Part shown: positions 18,675 to 28,969 of the stretch, piece by piece | How positions within the stretch are numbered: the stretch's first letter is position 1 | How the letters are laid out: each line of letters begins with the position of its first letter | From: a virus | Lineage: Duplodnaviria > Caudoviricetes | Virus record (IMG/VR): IMGVR_UViG_3300029624_000135 | Location: 1-58,591 of that record | Length of the DNA stretch: 58,591 nt | Reading direction: 5' to 3' (one strand) | Made by a program: the position numbers and the translations under genes | Notes under the pieces: model-generated | Seen by the model: the letters and a program-made list of their open reading frames with translations, nothing else | What the model was told of the DNA's origin: nothing | Databases searched by the model: none

Positions 18675-19951
18675 TAGACTCCAAGAGCAGTTTTCAAGGC
18701 TTCTTCATCCTCATCGGACAATGTATCAATCAACTTGATAAGGTCGGCATCCGTGATGTCTGAATCGACTTCATCATCCAATATGGTTTCAAGCTCAGAG
18801 ATAACTGTTGTTTTGGTCAAGTCTGATCCATAGATGGTAATGGTGGCATCACCTTCTATTTCTCCAGCATCAACCTCCAAGGATTCATTGGAATCCATAA
18901 TGAATATCGCATCCACGTTGTCCAATACCGGTACGGCCAATGCCTGTACGCTGGTATTCTCCTTCAATGGGTCGTTGGTACGGAAGATGGACCACAAGAT
19001 GAAATCATCAACGGTTGCATATTCCACATCCTTCACTGGACTGTCCTTTTCGGCAAGCTCACTCCAAGTAAGTGTTCCAAGGTCTGTAGAAGTGGTAAAC
19101 ACCACATTTCCACGTTGCCATGGCTCAACACTTGATTTCTGACCGTTTTTCTCTACCTGAACCACTTTATCGATAACGATGATGGTCAAGCCGTACTCCT
19201 CGGTAATGAACTCTTGAAGGTCTGCATTTTTAAGCCTGAAAAGGTTTGCAGATGGAATTCTTGAATATCCAGCAAAAGCATCTTTTACCTGAGCATTGGC
19301 CTTGAACTTATTGTATGTCACTTTGTCCATCCAAATGTATCTCAGGGCATAACCCATTTGTCTTGCCTTACTTGTGACATTCTCAATGTCATCGATAGGC
19401 CTGGCATCGGATTCTTTCCATGGCTCAACTACACCGAATTGGTTAGCAGCTGGCACACCAAAATCGATACGGATTCCGGTACCAGTGTTATCGGTTTCAT
19501 CGATTACGGTCACACCAGTGGATAAAGCCTGTAGGAACATGATGTCCAATCGCTCATAAACACCCTTGATGATGTCCACCCCATCTTGGAACAATTTCGC
19601 AACGATCTGCTTTTCCTTTTCGCCTCTGGCTTGTAGGTTCTTCAATTGTTGAAGCATCGATTCGTTCATCGATTTCTTCATACCCAATTTTGGAACCTCT
19701 CCTTCAGCGGAACTGTAAGAACCTCTCTTTTTCAATGGAAGAGGGGAATCAAGTGCTACGACATCGGCAGCAACAATGGATGTGTTGGTGCTCAATGAAG
19801 AGAATTTCATATCTGGGGAAAACTCCTTCTTAAGATATTTTGTGTGTTCATACACAACATCCTCGGGCTTCCCGTTTATCTTTTCAACAATCTTCTTGGC
19901 TACTCCACCAAGATATTTGCTTATGTAGTTTTTAAATATAGAAGCTACCAT
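18674..19951 (-). CDS. Major capsid protein with acidic C-terminal extension
   Basis: Major capsid E-like motifs (AADVVALDSPLP, IDFGVP, PIDDI); synteny. Confidence 0.88.
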   Translation of the reverse strand: MVASIFKNYISKYLGGVAKKIVEKINGKPEDVVYEHTKYLKKEFSPDMKFSSLSTNTSIVAADVVALDSPLPLKKRGSYSSAEGEVPKLGMKKSMNESMLQQLKNLQARGEKEKQIVAKLFQDGVDIIKGVYERLDIMFLQALSTGVTVIDETDNTGTGIRIDFGVPAANQFGVVEPWKESDARPIDDIENVTSKARQMGYALRYIWMDKVTYNKFKANAQVKDAFAGYSRIPSANLFRLKNADLQEFITEEYGLTIIVIDKVVQVEKNGQKSSVEPWQRGNVVFTTSTDLGTLTWSELAEKDSPVKDVEYATVDDFILWSIFRTNDPLKENTSVQALAVPVLDNVDAIFIMDSNESLEVDAGEIEGDATITIYGSDLTKTTVISELETILDDEVDSDITDADLIKLIDTLSDEDEEALKTALGV

Positions 19952-19953
19952 AA

Positions 19954-20322
19954 TTATTCGCTAATAAATCGGATTAAACTCAAGGCTGTTTTCGCTCCTG
20001 CAGGTACAGCGTACTTGCAGTATGCTTCGTTCACGGTGCCTCTTACCATCACAGCTGCTTGAGGGTTATCCACACTCAAGGAAGCGACCAAAATACCTTT
20101 GTAGGTATGATCGGCTGGCAGGGTACCGTTTGTTGGCAGGGGTTTAAGGTTTCCGGTAGCATCCTCTTCGATGATAACATGGCCTGCGCTGATCTCAGAA
20201 TCGGCAAAACCAGTAACGTCAAGAGTACGTCCGCCCGTAATCCCCTCCAAATGATTGACAATGACTACCGAATCATTGGTAGTGTCAATGCTGGATTTTG
20301 AAGTTAAATTTGCTGTAGGCAT
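19954..20322 (-). CDS. Head decoration protein
   Basis: Between scaffold and capsid; GGRTLDV motif. Confidence 0.7.
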   Translation of the reverse strand: MPTANLTSKSSIDTTNDSVVIVNHLEGITGGRTLDVTGFADSEISAGHVIIEEDATGNLKPLPTNGTLPADHTYKGILVASLSVDNPQAAVMVRGTVNEAYCKYAVPAGAKTALSLIRFISE

Positions 20323-20336
20323 GATTTAAATTTTTG

Positions 20337-21023
20337 TTAGACAATACTGTCAACAAGCTCATCAACCTCATCATCAGATGCTGTTTTATCATCGGTTGGG
20401 CCACCAGTTGGCAACCCTTTGAAAGATCCTCCGAAATCCTTACCTAAATCATCGAACTCCTCTTCCAACTCCTTGACCTGTTCTTCAAGTTTTTTATCAT
20501 CGTCCTTGATGATACGTGAAGCCCATTTCTTTTGAAGCTTTTCAGGAATCTTTGATTTTTTCAATGCCTCTGTAACCTGTTCAACCCACTCATCGGTTTC
20601 ATCCTTTTGCTTTAAGCTTTTGATGTCCTCTTTGAGTTCTTTCGCCCAGGCGGGCATATCCTTGTTAGACTTTTTGGAAATTCCATCGCCATCATCGTCG
20701 TCATCATCATCATCCGGGTCAGTAGTCTTTAAGAACTTCTTCTTGAATGTTTTGATGCCAGAGGTAACTTTACTATCGAATTTGGATTTCAAAGTTTTTG
20801 ACCCTTCAACAACTTGGTCAAACCCTTCTTCCTCTACGAATTCTGAAAATTCCTTGGAAGACAATAATTTTTTGAAGTCGATTTCTTCTTCTTCGTCTTG
20901 AGTTGATAATTCTTCGATTACCCCCTCGATTTGGTCTTCGGATTCAATTTTGATAAAATCTGCGAGACCCTCTTTAAGCCCTGCCTTTTTGAGTGCTTGC
21001 TTGAGTTTCTTTTTAAGATTCAT
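20337..21023 (-). CDS. Scaffolding protein
   Basis: Highly charged helical sequence, PAWAK motif, synteny. Confidence 0.7.
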   Translation of the reverse strand: MNLKKKLKQALKKAGLKEGLADFIKIESEDQIEGVIEELSTQDEEEEIDFKKLLSSKEFSEFVEEEGFDQVVEGSKTLKSKFDSKVTSGIKTFKKKFLKTTDPDDDDDDDDGDGISKKSNKDMPAWAKELKEDIKSLKQKDETDEWVEQVTEALKKSKIPEKLQKKWASRIIKDDDKKLEEQVKELEEEFDDLGKDFGGSFKGLPTGGPTDDKTASDDEVDELVDSIV

Positions 21024-21037
21024 AGAACTTGTTTTCT

Positions 21038-21099
21038 CAAAAATATGTGAACACCGATTTTAAGAAGTGTAAATCGGTTCGCTATTTCAATAGCTTCAA
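21038..21099 (-). promoter_or_regulatory. Late promoter: motif copy 3 (21085-21099) plus -7 box TATTTTTG (21038-21045)
   Basis: 39-nt motif-to-box spacing, same as copy 2. Confidence 0.7.
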
Positions 21100-21104
21100 C
21101 ATTT

Positions 21105-21434
21105 TCAAGAAACTAGGGAAGAATATACCGTCCTGCCCGTTGTGAAAGTCATCTCTGAAAGGTCATGGATTATCTCCTTCACATATGTGCCATCTTGGTT
21201 GTTAAGGATGTACCATTCATAGAAAAGCCTTCTTTTTTCGAGCATTCGCTTACTACGGTTTTTCATATTGTTCAATTTTTGATAGTAGGGAGTGGTTTTA
21301 AAGTATTCCTCGAACTCCTCATGGAGTTTGGTTATTTTTTGAAACTCAATGAACATTTCCTCAGGCGAGCAATCGAGTCCATAGGCATCTATATACCTTT
21401 GAGCGTTACTTAAGATATCCTCCCTAATATTCAC
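21105..21434 (-). CDS. Small protein with C-terminal HTH-like segment (candidate late regulator)
   Basis: IIHDLSEMTFTTGRTVYS resembles an HTH. Confidence 0.45.
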   Translation of the reverse strand: MNIREDILSNAQRYIDAYGLDCSPEEMFIEFQKITKLHEEFEEYFKTTPYYQKLNNMKNRSKRMLEKRRLFYEWYILNNQDGTYVKEIIHDLSEMTFTTGRTVYSSLVS

Positions 21435-21436
21435 TT

Positions 21437-22477
21437 TTACTGTAGATTAAGTTTAAAACCCTCTTTGGTCTGTTTAAAATTGTCCTCAATGAAATATGGG
21501 GTTGAGTTCAATTTTTTCAATTTGTCTGCATTGTCGTTCAAAAACCTATTGGCCCTACCAGGTATCGTGCTAACAGGTTTGGGTAATTTCTTTGAAGTGT
21601 TGTTCAGGTATGCAATGAAATCCTTTTTTGACATCAGCTTGCTTGTGGTAAAACAAAGGCAGTTCGGATGCCAACCAACGAATTTGAATTCCTTCGGATA
21701 AAGCCCCTGCAGTTCATCACAAATATCATACTCTGGATGTGCTGGGCTAAGGTTTACCTGTACACCCAAAACGAATGGCAGGTTCTTCCTGCGCTCAACA
21801 TCGGATGCCCTATAGGCAATGTTGATTTCATTCCTTGCCAACCTCAATGCATTCTTGAAACTGGAACGATATACCCCAGTACCAGGATGATAGTTTTTGG
21901 CAGGGTCACTGAGCATCAGTTTTCCCGTTTCTGGATTCCTGAGCCTTCTGAACCTTTTGGTCGGCTGCTTCAGGTACCTCTGAATATCCCCTGATAGTTT
22001 AACTGCAGACCTTCCGGTGGTCAATCCCTCAGCAACGAAATAATCAAGCTGGGCACGTGTGGCCTCGGTTATGTTCCATACCCTTTGCGATAAAGTGAAC
22101 CCTCCCGATTTACGTTTAAGGAATGATTTAAAAGCCTCGGTATTTCTACTTAACATCGTGGCCTTTATGGATTCAGGTACATTGATTCCCTTGATATAAT
22201 TATCGACAAACTTGTCATTGTGGGAATCCGACATATCCCATGCCTTTTTTGTGGCATCAGATAAATGGTTGAACAGTATTTTGCGATACTTGGCCAATAC
22301 CTTGTCAACCTCTTTTTTGATTCTTTGGTTACGGTACCACAACTTAGATGACGAATTGACTTTGTACTTGCGTAAAACAGAAGCAAGCTCAGCGGACATG
22401 TTCGAGTATATCCGACTGAGCTGTCTTTCCTGTGATGTCAGGTACGCCAACAATATGTTGTGGTTTTCCTTTTCCAA
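21437..22477 (-). CDS. Head morphogenesis / minor capsid protein (MuF-like)
   Basis: RLARNEIN, ICDEL and WHPNCLC motifs. Confidence 0.85.
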   Translation of the reverse strand: MEKENHNILLAYLTSQERQLSRIYSNMSAELASVLRKYKVNSSSKLWYRNQRIKKEVDKVLAKYRKILFNHLSDATKKAWDMSDSHNDKFVDNYIKGINVPESIKATMLSRNTEAFKSFLKRKSGGFTLSQRVWNITEATRAQLDYFVAEGLTTGRSAVKLSGDIQRYLKQPTKRFRRLRNPETGKLMLSDPAKNYHPGTGVYRSSFKNALRLARNEINIAYRASDVERRKNLPFVLGVQVNLSPAHPEYDICDELQGLYPKEFKFVGWHPNCLCFTTSKLMSKKDFIAYLNNTSKKLPKPVSTIPGRANRFLNDNADKLKKLNSTPYFIEDNFKQTKEGFKLNLQ

Positions 22478-22478
22478 T

Positions 22479-22820
22479 TTACTTACCTAGCAAGGTTTTT
22501 TGTACGGATACCGGGTTCACTCCAAAGGTTCCTTGGGCTGATGGTTTCCATGGTCCCTTTTCACAAACTGTTCTTACAGTGAGCTGCTTGTCCCCTTTAT
22601 CGGTTTTTACCTTTACCGATACATCGTACATTACATCCGATTCCTTTTTAGTATCCCCAATTTCAAATGATTTGATTGGATTGGGAAGAAGCGACTGTAG
22701 CTTCTGGAACGTGTTCTGGGTGCGGTAAGTCAATTGACATTGCTCCAATAATTTTTTATAGTCCCCTTTCTTAAAGGCTTCCATAAAGTTTTTAACTGAT
22801 TCTTTGGCCTTGTTTTCCAT
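22479..22820 (-). CDS. Hypothetical protein
   Basis: Coupled ORF. Confidence 0.65.
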   Translation of the reverse strand: MENKAKESVKNFMEAFKKGDYKKLLEQCQLTYRTQNTFQKLQSLLPNPIKSFEIGDTKKESDVMYDVSVKVKTDKGDKQLTVRTVCEKGPWKPSAQGTFGVNPVSVQKTLLGK

Positions 22821-23029
22821 TATATATTGATTTTAGTTACACGCTTTTTCTTGTGCGAACATCGCTTTGTGGATGCATAGTTCCCATTGCTGGGCCTGAA
22901 TCTATTTTTGGGTTTTTCATAGGCAATACCATAAACCTTCTCATTGATTTCCTCTACAGCCTTCCTGTAAGGTTTGCCACCGAACAGAACCCACTTCATT
23001 TTCATTGTGAATGCCTTGATTCTTTTCAT
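22820..23029 (-). CDS. Hypothetical basic protein
   Basis: Coupled ORF. Confidence 0.5.
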   Translation of the reverse strand: MKRIKAFTMKMKWVLFGGKPYRKAVEEINEKVYGIAYEKPKNRFRPSNGNYASTKRCSHKKKRVTKINI

Positions 23030-23478
23030 TGCTCACTTTTATCATACCTCATGTCTGGCTTTGGCATACTGTTCAACCGAGTCGCCTTGATTGTATTCCT
23101 GCCTTCCAGTATTGCCTTGCACACTCGGTGCCATCCATCACAAATGATTCCTTGGTCATCCAAAATGATGGGATGCTTCAAATCCGTATTCTCTACACGA
23201 TTGCAGTGATGTATGAAATCATCAAACGACATTGTTTCTCCCCATGCACCACCACTCAAGTTGATACCAGCCAACGGCATATCGAAAAAAGGAAACTTCT
23301 TGGAGTGTTGAATCAACTTCAAAGTGCTCCACCTGGCATTGCCATCATCAAACTCATTTTCATGAAGTTCAATTCCATCGACAGGAACAACAGGTGGTTG
23401 CTCCACATTCATTTCACAGCTAATGGCCTCATATTCCTTTACTTCCACGAATTCAAAACCTTCTCCCTTTATTGGCAT
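23026..23478 (-). CDS. ParB/Srx-like domain protein
   Basis: PIIL...ICDGWHRV motif. Confidence 0.7.
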   Translation of the reverse strand: MPIKGEGFEFVEVKEYEAISCEMNVEQPPVVPVDGIELHENEFDDGNARWSTLKLIQHSKKFPFFDMPLAGINLSGGAWGETMSFDDFIHHCNRVENTDLKHPIILDDQGIICDGWHRVCKAILEGRNTIKATRLNSMPKPDMRYDKSEQ

Positions 23479-23480
23479 CC

Positions 23481-24848
23481 CTAAACGTTTAATGTTCCAC
23501 CCAAAACCTCAGACTCACGCTTTGATTCTTCGGTAAGATTATCCTCTTCCTGTTTGATATCATCCACCAAAGGATTGTTCTTCATGGCAGTTTTTTGGCT
23601 CATTACCTGCTTGCCTCCACTGGCCTCGGTCAGTATCTCAATGGTTTCTTTAAGGTTTTGAGGTAGTATGCTCGTGAATTGTATGTCTACTTCAAGTTCT
23701 TCAGAAACAGTATTCTCTCCTTTGAGAATATTGTTCATTCCAGCCTTCATGATATTGATGGCACGGCTTACCACGGTAACATAATCGCCCATGTCCCATT
23801 TTGCTTTGATAATGGAACCAAAGAACAACAGTTCCAATGCCACTCCGGATATGCTGCCCAGACCTTTAACGGAATCATAGGTCAGGTCGGGAGTGTCGGT
23901 CATGCCATAAATCAATCCTTTATTGGTGTCCAATTCCATTTTTGTGGATTCCGGTGCATGGTCCCATGACAGTACATCTAGGTCGGCCTCAATGATATTT
24001 CCTTTGTCAGTTTCGATAACATCAAGTTTGATGATTTTACCTGTATCATCCTTTTTAGGAAATGATTTCACACCTCCCTTGGCCTTGTACATCGGTGCTC
24101 CGAAATAATCATTGGTATCGGCCCACTTGGAGAACCGCATCTCGAATCTGTCTATCAACTGTACAACCTCCCACCATTCAGGTTTATCCTGAGACAAATA
24201 CACTACTGGTATCTTCCCGAATGGGTTTTCTTGTGGGTATCCTTCAACTGGCTCCCATTTGGAACCATCCCCTTTGCTGAGAATCACTTTATCCTTTGTC
24301 CATACATACAGGTACTTCACATCCTTTTCTCCTTCACGTGCGGTGTATTCCCATCCAAAGGCCACCATATCCCCATATGCATCAATAACTGGGAAAACCT
24401 TTCCATTGTCATTTGACAGCACTCTAGCTTTCAAATAAGGATCCTCCCCTTCTTTTTTGACATGGAAGAAAACCAAACTTGCTTCCGTCTCGGATTTTGA
24501 AGTTTTACAGAAATCCAATAGCAGCTGGTTCATTCTCAACTTCCCCCAAATTTGACTGACTTTTGATATATCATCTGTCTCATCCTTTGACACCAACTTG
24601 ACAGGACTTCCAAAAAGGAAAGATGCAGCGCTCTTAACGATTTTACGCTGGAAAGGAATGGCTATCTTGGTAACTGGAATTACCTCGTTTTTGACAACCT
24701 TGTCCTTTCTCTTGCCCACTTGGGTATCTCGGATATCACGCTCGTTGTTGTATTCACGTGCGTAATCAGGCACACCTTTCTTGGCCGTGAATGATTCATA
24801 GGCCTTGGTGATGTCACCCGATTCTATCAATGCTAATAGTTCTTCCAT
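23481..24848 (-). CDS. Portal protein (SPP1 gp6-like)
   Basis: NPFGKIPVVY and SGVAL motifs; follows terminase. Confidence 0.9.
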   Translation of the reverse strand: MEELLALIESGDITKAYESFTAKKGVPDYAREYNNERDIRDTQVGKRKDKVVKNEVIPVTKIAIPFQRKIVKSAASFLFGSPVKLVSKDETDDISKVSQIWGKLRMNQLLLDFCKTSKSETEASLVFFHVKKEGEDPYLKARVLSNDNGKVFPVIDAYGDMVAFGWEYTAREGEKDVKYLYVWTKDKVILSKGDGSKWEPVEGYPQENPFGKIPVVYLSQDKPEWWEVVQLIDRFEMRFSKWADTNDYFGAPMYKAKGGVKSFPKKDDTGKIIKLDVIETDKGNIIEADLDVLSWDHAPESTKMELDTNKGLIYGMTDTPDLTYDSVKGLGSISGVALELLFFGSIIKAKWDMGDYVTVVSRAINIMKAGMNNILKGENTVSEELEVDIQFTSILPQNLKETIEILTEASGGKQVMSQKTAMKNNPLVDDIKQEEDNLTEESKRESEVLGGTLNV

Positions 24849-24857
24849 AATTTTTAT

Positions 24858-26348
24858 TTATAACAGCCCTAGATCGTCGGCATTGACCTCCGATTCATGG
24901 ACTTGATTACCTTGTGTTTCTTTTTCTATGATACCGGTCAGTACATCTGGTGCATCATCAAAATCATTCGCCTTGAACATCTTTTTGAACTTTGTAATGT
25001 GTTTGTACATAATTGGGTCCTTGATATGCCAGCTTTCTGGGAAAACAATACAATTGTTGACCGTGGCAGAATTTGAATAGACTCTCGCCTCCTTATTGTC
25101 GCTTTGATGGAATGAATCGTATTCCACCCTATGGTCATCGACCAACTTCTTCACGTTCCGATAAAAGCCTTTTCCACCATTATTGCTCTCGATATGGGCT
25201 TTCCTGACCCTGTTCTTTTTAATTAAGTTGGCGGTCATTGGCTCCGTTACATCCATCCCTTTGTCAGTGTACACCCAGTCGAGTATGTAATAGTGTGGGT
25301 CATTGTCATCCAATGGAACACCATAGTTGATGCTGCATAGGTAATTGTCCCCGCTATCTGCCGTATCGGTGTAGTTCTTGATGGTCTTGAACTTGGGCAC
25401 CTTCCTGTAAGTCTTGAAAGGTTTTGGATACATCAACCCTTCTTTGTTCTGTGGGTCTCCTTGATAAAGACAATCGAACTTATCCGGGTCCTTTGCCCTA
25501 GTAGCTTCCAGTTTCTTCAATGAATGCCTATATGGCCACAAAGGCTCCCCTTCTTCCCTTGGATCGATTTTATTGGGCTTTCCCTCCTTGATGGCCTGAA
25601 AGTTTATCATCAGAAACTGGCCATGGTCCAATCGTGAAATCACATCATCCAAATCTTCGGTACCATCGTAGTGGACCACGAAACCTTTTTCATCCAACAT
25701 TGCGATAAGGTCGGATTCGCTCCACCTGGTGAACGTGATAAGAACCTGCGAATCATTGTGAAGCCTTGAATCGGATACGGTAATGTACCAATCCCAAACA
25801 GCTTTTTGGGTCACTGGAGAATTACCATCCTTCCATCCCTTGTAAAGGTCATCCAGAATAAGAATATCAACAGGGTCTCCCGTCAATGGACCATCTACAC
25901 CTACAAACTTCATGGAACCATCCGAATTGAGCGATTCCCTTTCCATATTTGTGTTTGATTTTGCCTTAGTGGAACCGCGCTCAGGATATGCCACATGTGG
26001 AAATATATTCCTGTACGATGGCTCTCGGATGATATTGATTATCTCCCTACCGAACTTCTGCGCCTTGGTTGCCGAATAGCTGACAATGGCCATCTTTTCA
26101 TCTGGCCTGATACCTGAAATGAAAGCAGGTAATCTCCTGGTACTTGCTTCGGATTTTCCGTGCTGTGGTGGCATGGAAGAAATAAGGTTCTTTATATCCC
26201 CTTTTGCGAACCGGTTTAAAATGTCATAGAACGTTTTATGAAACCACTCTGGAACAAACTTGTCGAAAGTGGCCATTGTGAACTCAAAAAGATTGTCCTG
26301 TCTGATGAGCCTTTCAAGTTCAATAATCTCTTCATTCGTCAGACTCAT
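24858..26348 (-). CDS. terL: Terminase large subunit
   Basis: Walker A PPQHGKS, Walker B ILILDD, nuclease DDAPD. Confidence 0.93.
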   Translation of the reverse strand: MSLTNEEIIELERLIRQDNLFEFTMATFDKFVPEWFHKTFYDILNRFAKGDIKNLISSMPPQHGKSEASTRRLPAFISGIRPDEKMAIVSYSATKAQKFGREIINIIREPSYRNIFPHVAYPERGSTKAKSNTNMERESLNSDGSMKFVGVDGPLTGDPVDILILDDLYKGWKDGNSPVTQKAVWDWYITVSDSRLHNDSQVLITFTRWSESDLIAMLDEKGFVVHYDGTEDLDDVISRLDHGQFLMINFQAIKEGKPNKIDPREEGEPLWPYRHSLKKLEATRAKDPDKFDCLYQGDPQNKEGLMYPKPFKTYRKVPKFKTIKNYTDTADSGDNYLCSINYGVPLDDNDPHYYILDWVYTDKGMDVTEPMTANLIKKNRVRKAHIESNNGGKGFYRNVKKLVDDHRVEYDSFHQSDNKEARVYSNSATVNNCIVFPESWHIKDPIMYKHITKFKKMFKANDFDDAPDVLTGIIEKETQGNQVHESEVNADDLGLL

Positions 26349-26829
26349 TCATTTTTTTCTTCAATGCAGCAATTCTTGCCTTTCGGTCTTCTTCATTCAA
26401 AACAAGAGCTTCACCTCCTGTTGTATGATCAATGTTCTTGGAATCCCTCCACTTATCAGGTTGCCTGTTCTTTAACCAGAATATCTGTGCGGTTGGGTCT
26501 GGAACAACTGTCTTAGTTGTTTGTGTGGTTTTGATGATACCTTGATTTGGGTCGTTCTCAGTCTTGCTTTCAGTGTATTGATATCCAATGGCACGTTGGA
26601 ACAGCTTTTGGGCAACTTCACTGTCTGCAATTTCCTTTCCTTTTCTTAGGGACTCCGAAAACTTCGGAAATTTGATTTTCCATAAGTTGATCGTGGATTC
26701 TGCTACCTCAAAGAAATCTGCCATTTGCTTATCGGTAAATCCAGCCAAAGAAAGTTTGTAAGCTTGTTCATTGAAGCTTGGGTCGTACTTCGTTGGCCTA
26801 CCCCCTTTATCTTTTTCCCCTTCTTCCAT
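26332..26829 (-). CDS. terS: Terminase small subunit
   Basis: GGRPTKY, HTH and AQIFWLKNRQPDKWRD motifs. Confidence 0.88.
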   Translation of the reverse strand: MEEGEKDKGGRPTKYDPSFNEQAYKLSLAGFTDKQMADFFEVAESTINLWKIKFPKFSESLRKGKEIADSEVAQKLFQRAIGYQYTESKTENDPNQGIIKTTQTTKTVVPDPTAQIFWLKNRQPDKWRDSKNIDHTTGGEALVLNEEDRKARIAALKKKMNESDE

Positions 26830-26831
26830 TT

Positions 26832-27179
26832 CTATGAATATTTGTACCTGAAACCCTGAAATCCTTTTTTGACTTCATAGGGTCTTGGTAGTTTTTCAAA
26901 ATCAATAAGGGTTATCCAGTGATTTGAGTGCATTGAAGAACCATCCGAGAATTCTTTGGTACCTGCGCCCATGTGATCAACAAATCTTGCTCTCCACCTA
27001 ACCCTGTTTCCGATAACTATGTAAACCCATTGAAAGTCCCTCTTAGGTTTAAATGGGAGTCTCCACCAAAAGAACCATCCATTATCACCTTTGCACATCA
27101 GGAAGTTTTCAATCTGTTCCCGATATGGTTTTTCCGATAATTGTTCTTTTCCAAGAGTTACATAGATATCAGCTATCAT
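26832..27179 (-). CDS. Hypothetical protein (possibly PUA/ASCH-like)
   Basis: C-terminal KGFQGFRY motif. Confidence 0.55.
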   Translation of the reverse strand: MIADIYVTLGKEQLSEKPYREQIENFLMCKGDNGWFFWWRLPFKPKRDFQWVYIVIGNRVRWRARFVDHMGAGTKEFSDGSSMHSNHWITLIDFEKLPRPYEVKKGFQGFRYKYS

Positions 27180-27411
27180 CAGTTTCCAACAGTCCCTCGG
27201 CTAAATCGATGATAGTCTCATCTTCTTCAATTTTAGCCTTCAATTCGACAAACTGTTGTTTCTGGTTTGATGAAGCTTGATTTTTGTCTACCAACAATTC
27301 CAGGTCCTTGAGTTTGTCCTTGTGACGGCTCAATCTACTTTTGAGTACATCGATGAGTGCCATAAGTCTGTTCCTATAATTTACCATTGTTGGGTTTTTG
27401 AAGTCCAACAA
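27169..27411 (-). CDS. Small coiled-coil protein
   Basis: ORF overlapping the next gene. Confidence 0.6.
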   Translation of the reverse strand: MLDFKNPTMVNYRNRLMALIDVLKSRLSRHKDKLKDLELLVDKNQASSNQKQQFVELKAKIEEDETIIDLAEGLLETDDS

Positions 27412-27543
27412 TATAGTTAATAATTAATTTCTTTGGCCCTAGCTATCGGTTTGATCAGAACCGAAAGAACATTCATTGGTAAATTTTGTACTTCAACCTA
27501 TCAATGAATTCTCCTTTCACTAGGGCACTCTCTCTAATTGTTG

Positions 27544-27616
27544 TAGCGGGGGCAGGACTCGAACCTGCGACCTCCGGGACATGAACCCAGCGAGCTACCA
27601 ACTGCTCTACCCCACG
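27544..27616 (-). tRNA. Phage tRNA-Met(CAT), initiator-like with variant anticodon loop
   Basis: Cloverleaf; C1:U72 mismatch, GGG/CCC in anticodon stem, loop TTCATGT, no encoded CCA. Confidence 0.88.
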
Positions 27617-27640
27617 ATTTTCAGCATTGTAAATAGAATA

Positions 27641-28969
27641 TCATTTACCCTTGCTTTTTTTATTGATAATCCAATCCTCGTTTGAGATATCGGCACCGTT
27701 CTTTATTACTTTGACCTCCTTGTCGTTTGCACGGCAATAAGCCACGTATCTTTTCACTATGGCATCACAGAACTTAGGATCCATTTCCATCAGTTTTGCA
27801 ATACGATTGGATTGCTCACAACCCATCATGGTCGAACCACTGCCTCCGAACAAATCCAATACAATAAAACCACGCAATGAATGCTTTTTCAATGCACGTT
27901 CCGAAAGTCGGATAGGTTTTTGGGTCGGATGGATATATGTGTTCGTTTTATCGCGGTTCTCGTACCATACATCCATGGCATCACGATAGTCCTCGTAATT
28001 GAGTGCAAAAACATCCTTCAGGTTATTGATGCCTTGGGCAATAAAATGCTTCTTTCCTTTCTTCCAACCGAACAGACAAGGTTCATAACATCTATGGTAA
28101 TCTTGGCCCATTCCGAATACCATTGATTCCTTTAGCCAAATCAGGTTTTGGGAAATATGCCATTTAGTGTTCAGGAATGCAGTGGAATTGAGTGGATAGT
28201 TCTTGGATGCGTACCACCAATATATGGGACAATCATCGGTAGAATGCTTATGCAGATTATTCAGTACGTCCGTATAGAACTTTATGCAATCGGAATCGGA
28301 CTGGTTGTCATTGAATATCTTTCCACCATCCCCTCCGTACTTGGACGAGTTATATGAATTCCCATTTGCGGAATGATAATCCACGTTGTATGGTGGGTCG
28401 GTAAATATCAGCTGTGCTTTTTTACCTGCCATAAGGGTTGATACATCCTCTGGGCTTGTGGAATCCCCACACAACAATGTATGGTCCCCTAAATGATAGA
28501 TGTCCCCTTTTTGGGTCACTGGTTTCTCGGGAAGATCCACCTGATAGTCATCCTCTTCCAGTTTGACATCATCAGTGAAAACGTTGAGTTGAAAATCCTC
28601 GAATCCGATTTCCTTTAGTTCGAACATCTCGAAATCAAAGTCCAGGAGTTTATCAATATCCCATTGGCCACGGTGGAGGTTGTCCTGAAGCATTCTTTTG
28701 TCCTGTACCTTGGCTGGAATGTCGTGCTCCACAAAACAGGATATTTCTTTTTGGCCCAATTCTTTGCAAGCCTTTACACGTTGGGTACCTGCGTAACAGA
28801 TATGTTCACCATCCTTAAGGTTAATCAGCGGTGGCCGTTGCAATAGGAACTGAGGGTCGCTTTTGATGTCCTCTTTTAGTTTATCGAACTCCGAGTTATC
28901 AATGGTCCTTGGATTCTTTTCCAAAAGGGTGATATCATCAATGGCCAATATGGTCAGCTCCGGGGTCAT
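27641..28969 (-). CDS. ParB-N domain fused to N6-adenine/N4-cytosine DNA methyltransferase
   Basis: FTDPPYN, HPTQKP and DLFGGSGS motifs. Confidence 0.9.
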   Translation of the reverse strand: MTPELTILAIDDITLLEKNPRTIDNSEFDKLKEDIKSDPQFLLQRPPLINLKDGEHICYAGTQRVKACKELGQKEISCFVEHDIPAKVQDKRMLQDNLHRGQWDIDKLLDFDFEMFELKEIGFEDFQLNVFTDDVKLEEDDYQVDLPEKPVTQKGDIYHLGDHTLLCGDSTSPEDVSTLMAGKKAQLIFTDPPYNVDYHSANGNSYNSSKYGGDGGKIFNDNQSDSDCIKFYTDVLNNLHKHSTDDCPIYWWYASKNYPLNSTAFLNTKWHISQNLIWLKESMVFGMGQDYHRCYEPCLFGWKKGKKHFIAQGINNLKDVFALNYEDYRDAMDVWYENRDKTNTYIHPTQKPIRLSERALKKHSLRGFIVLDLFGGSGSTMMGCEQSNRIAKLMEMDPKFCDAIVKRYVAYCRANDKEVKVIKNGADISNEDWIINKKSKGK

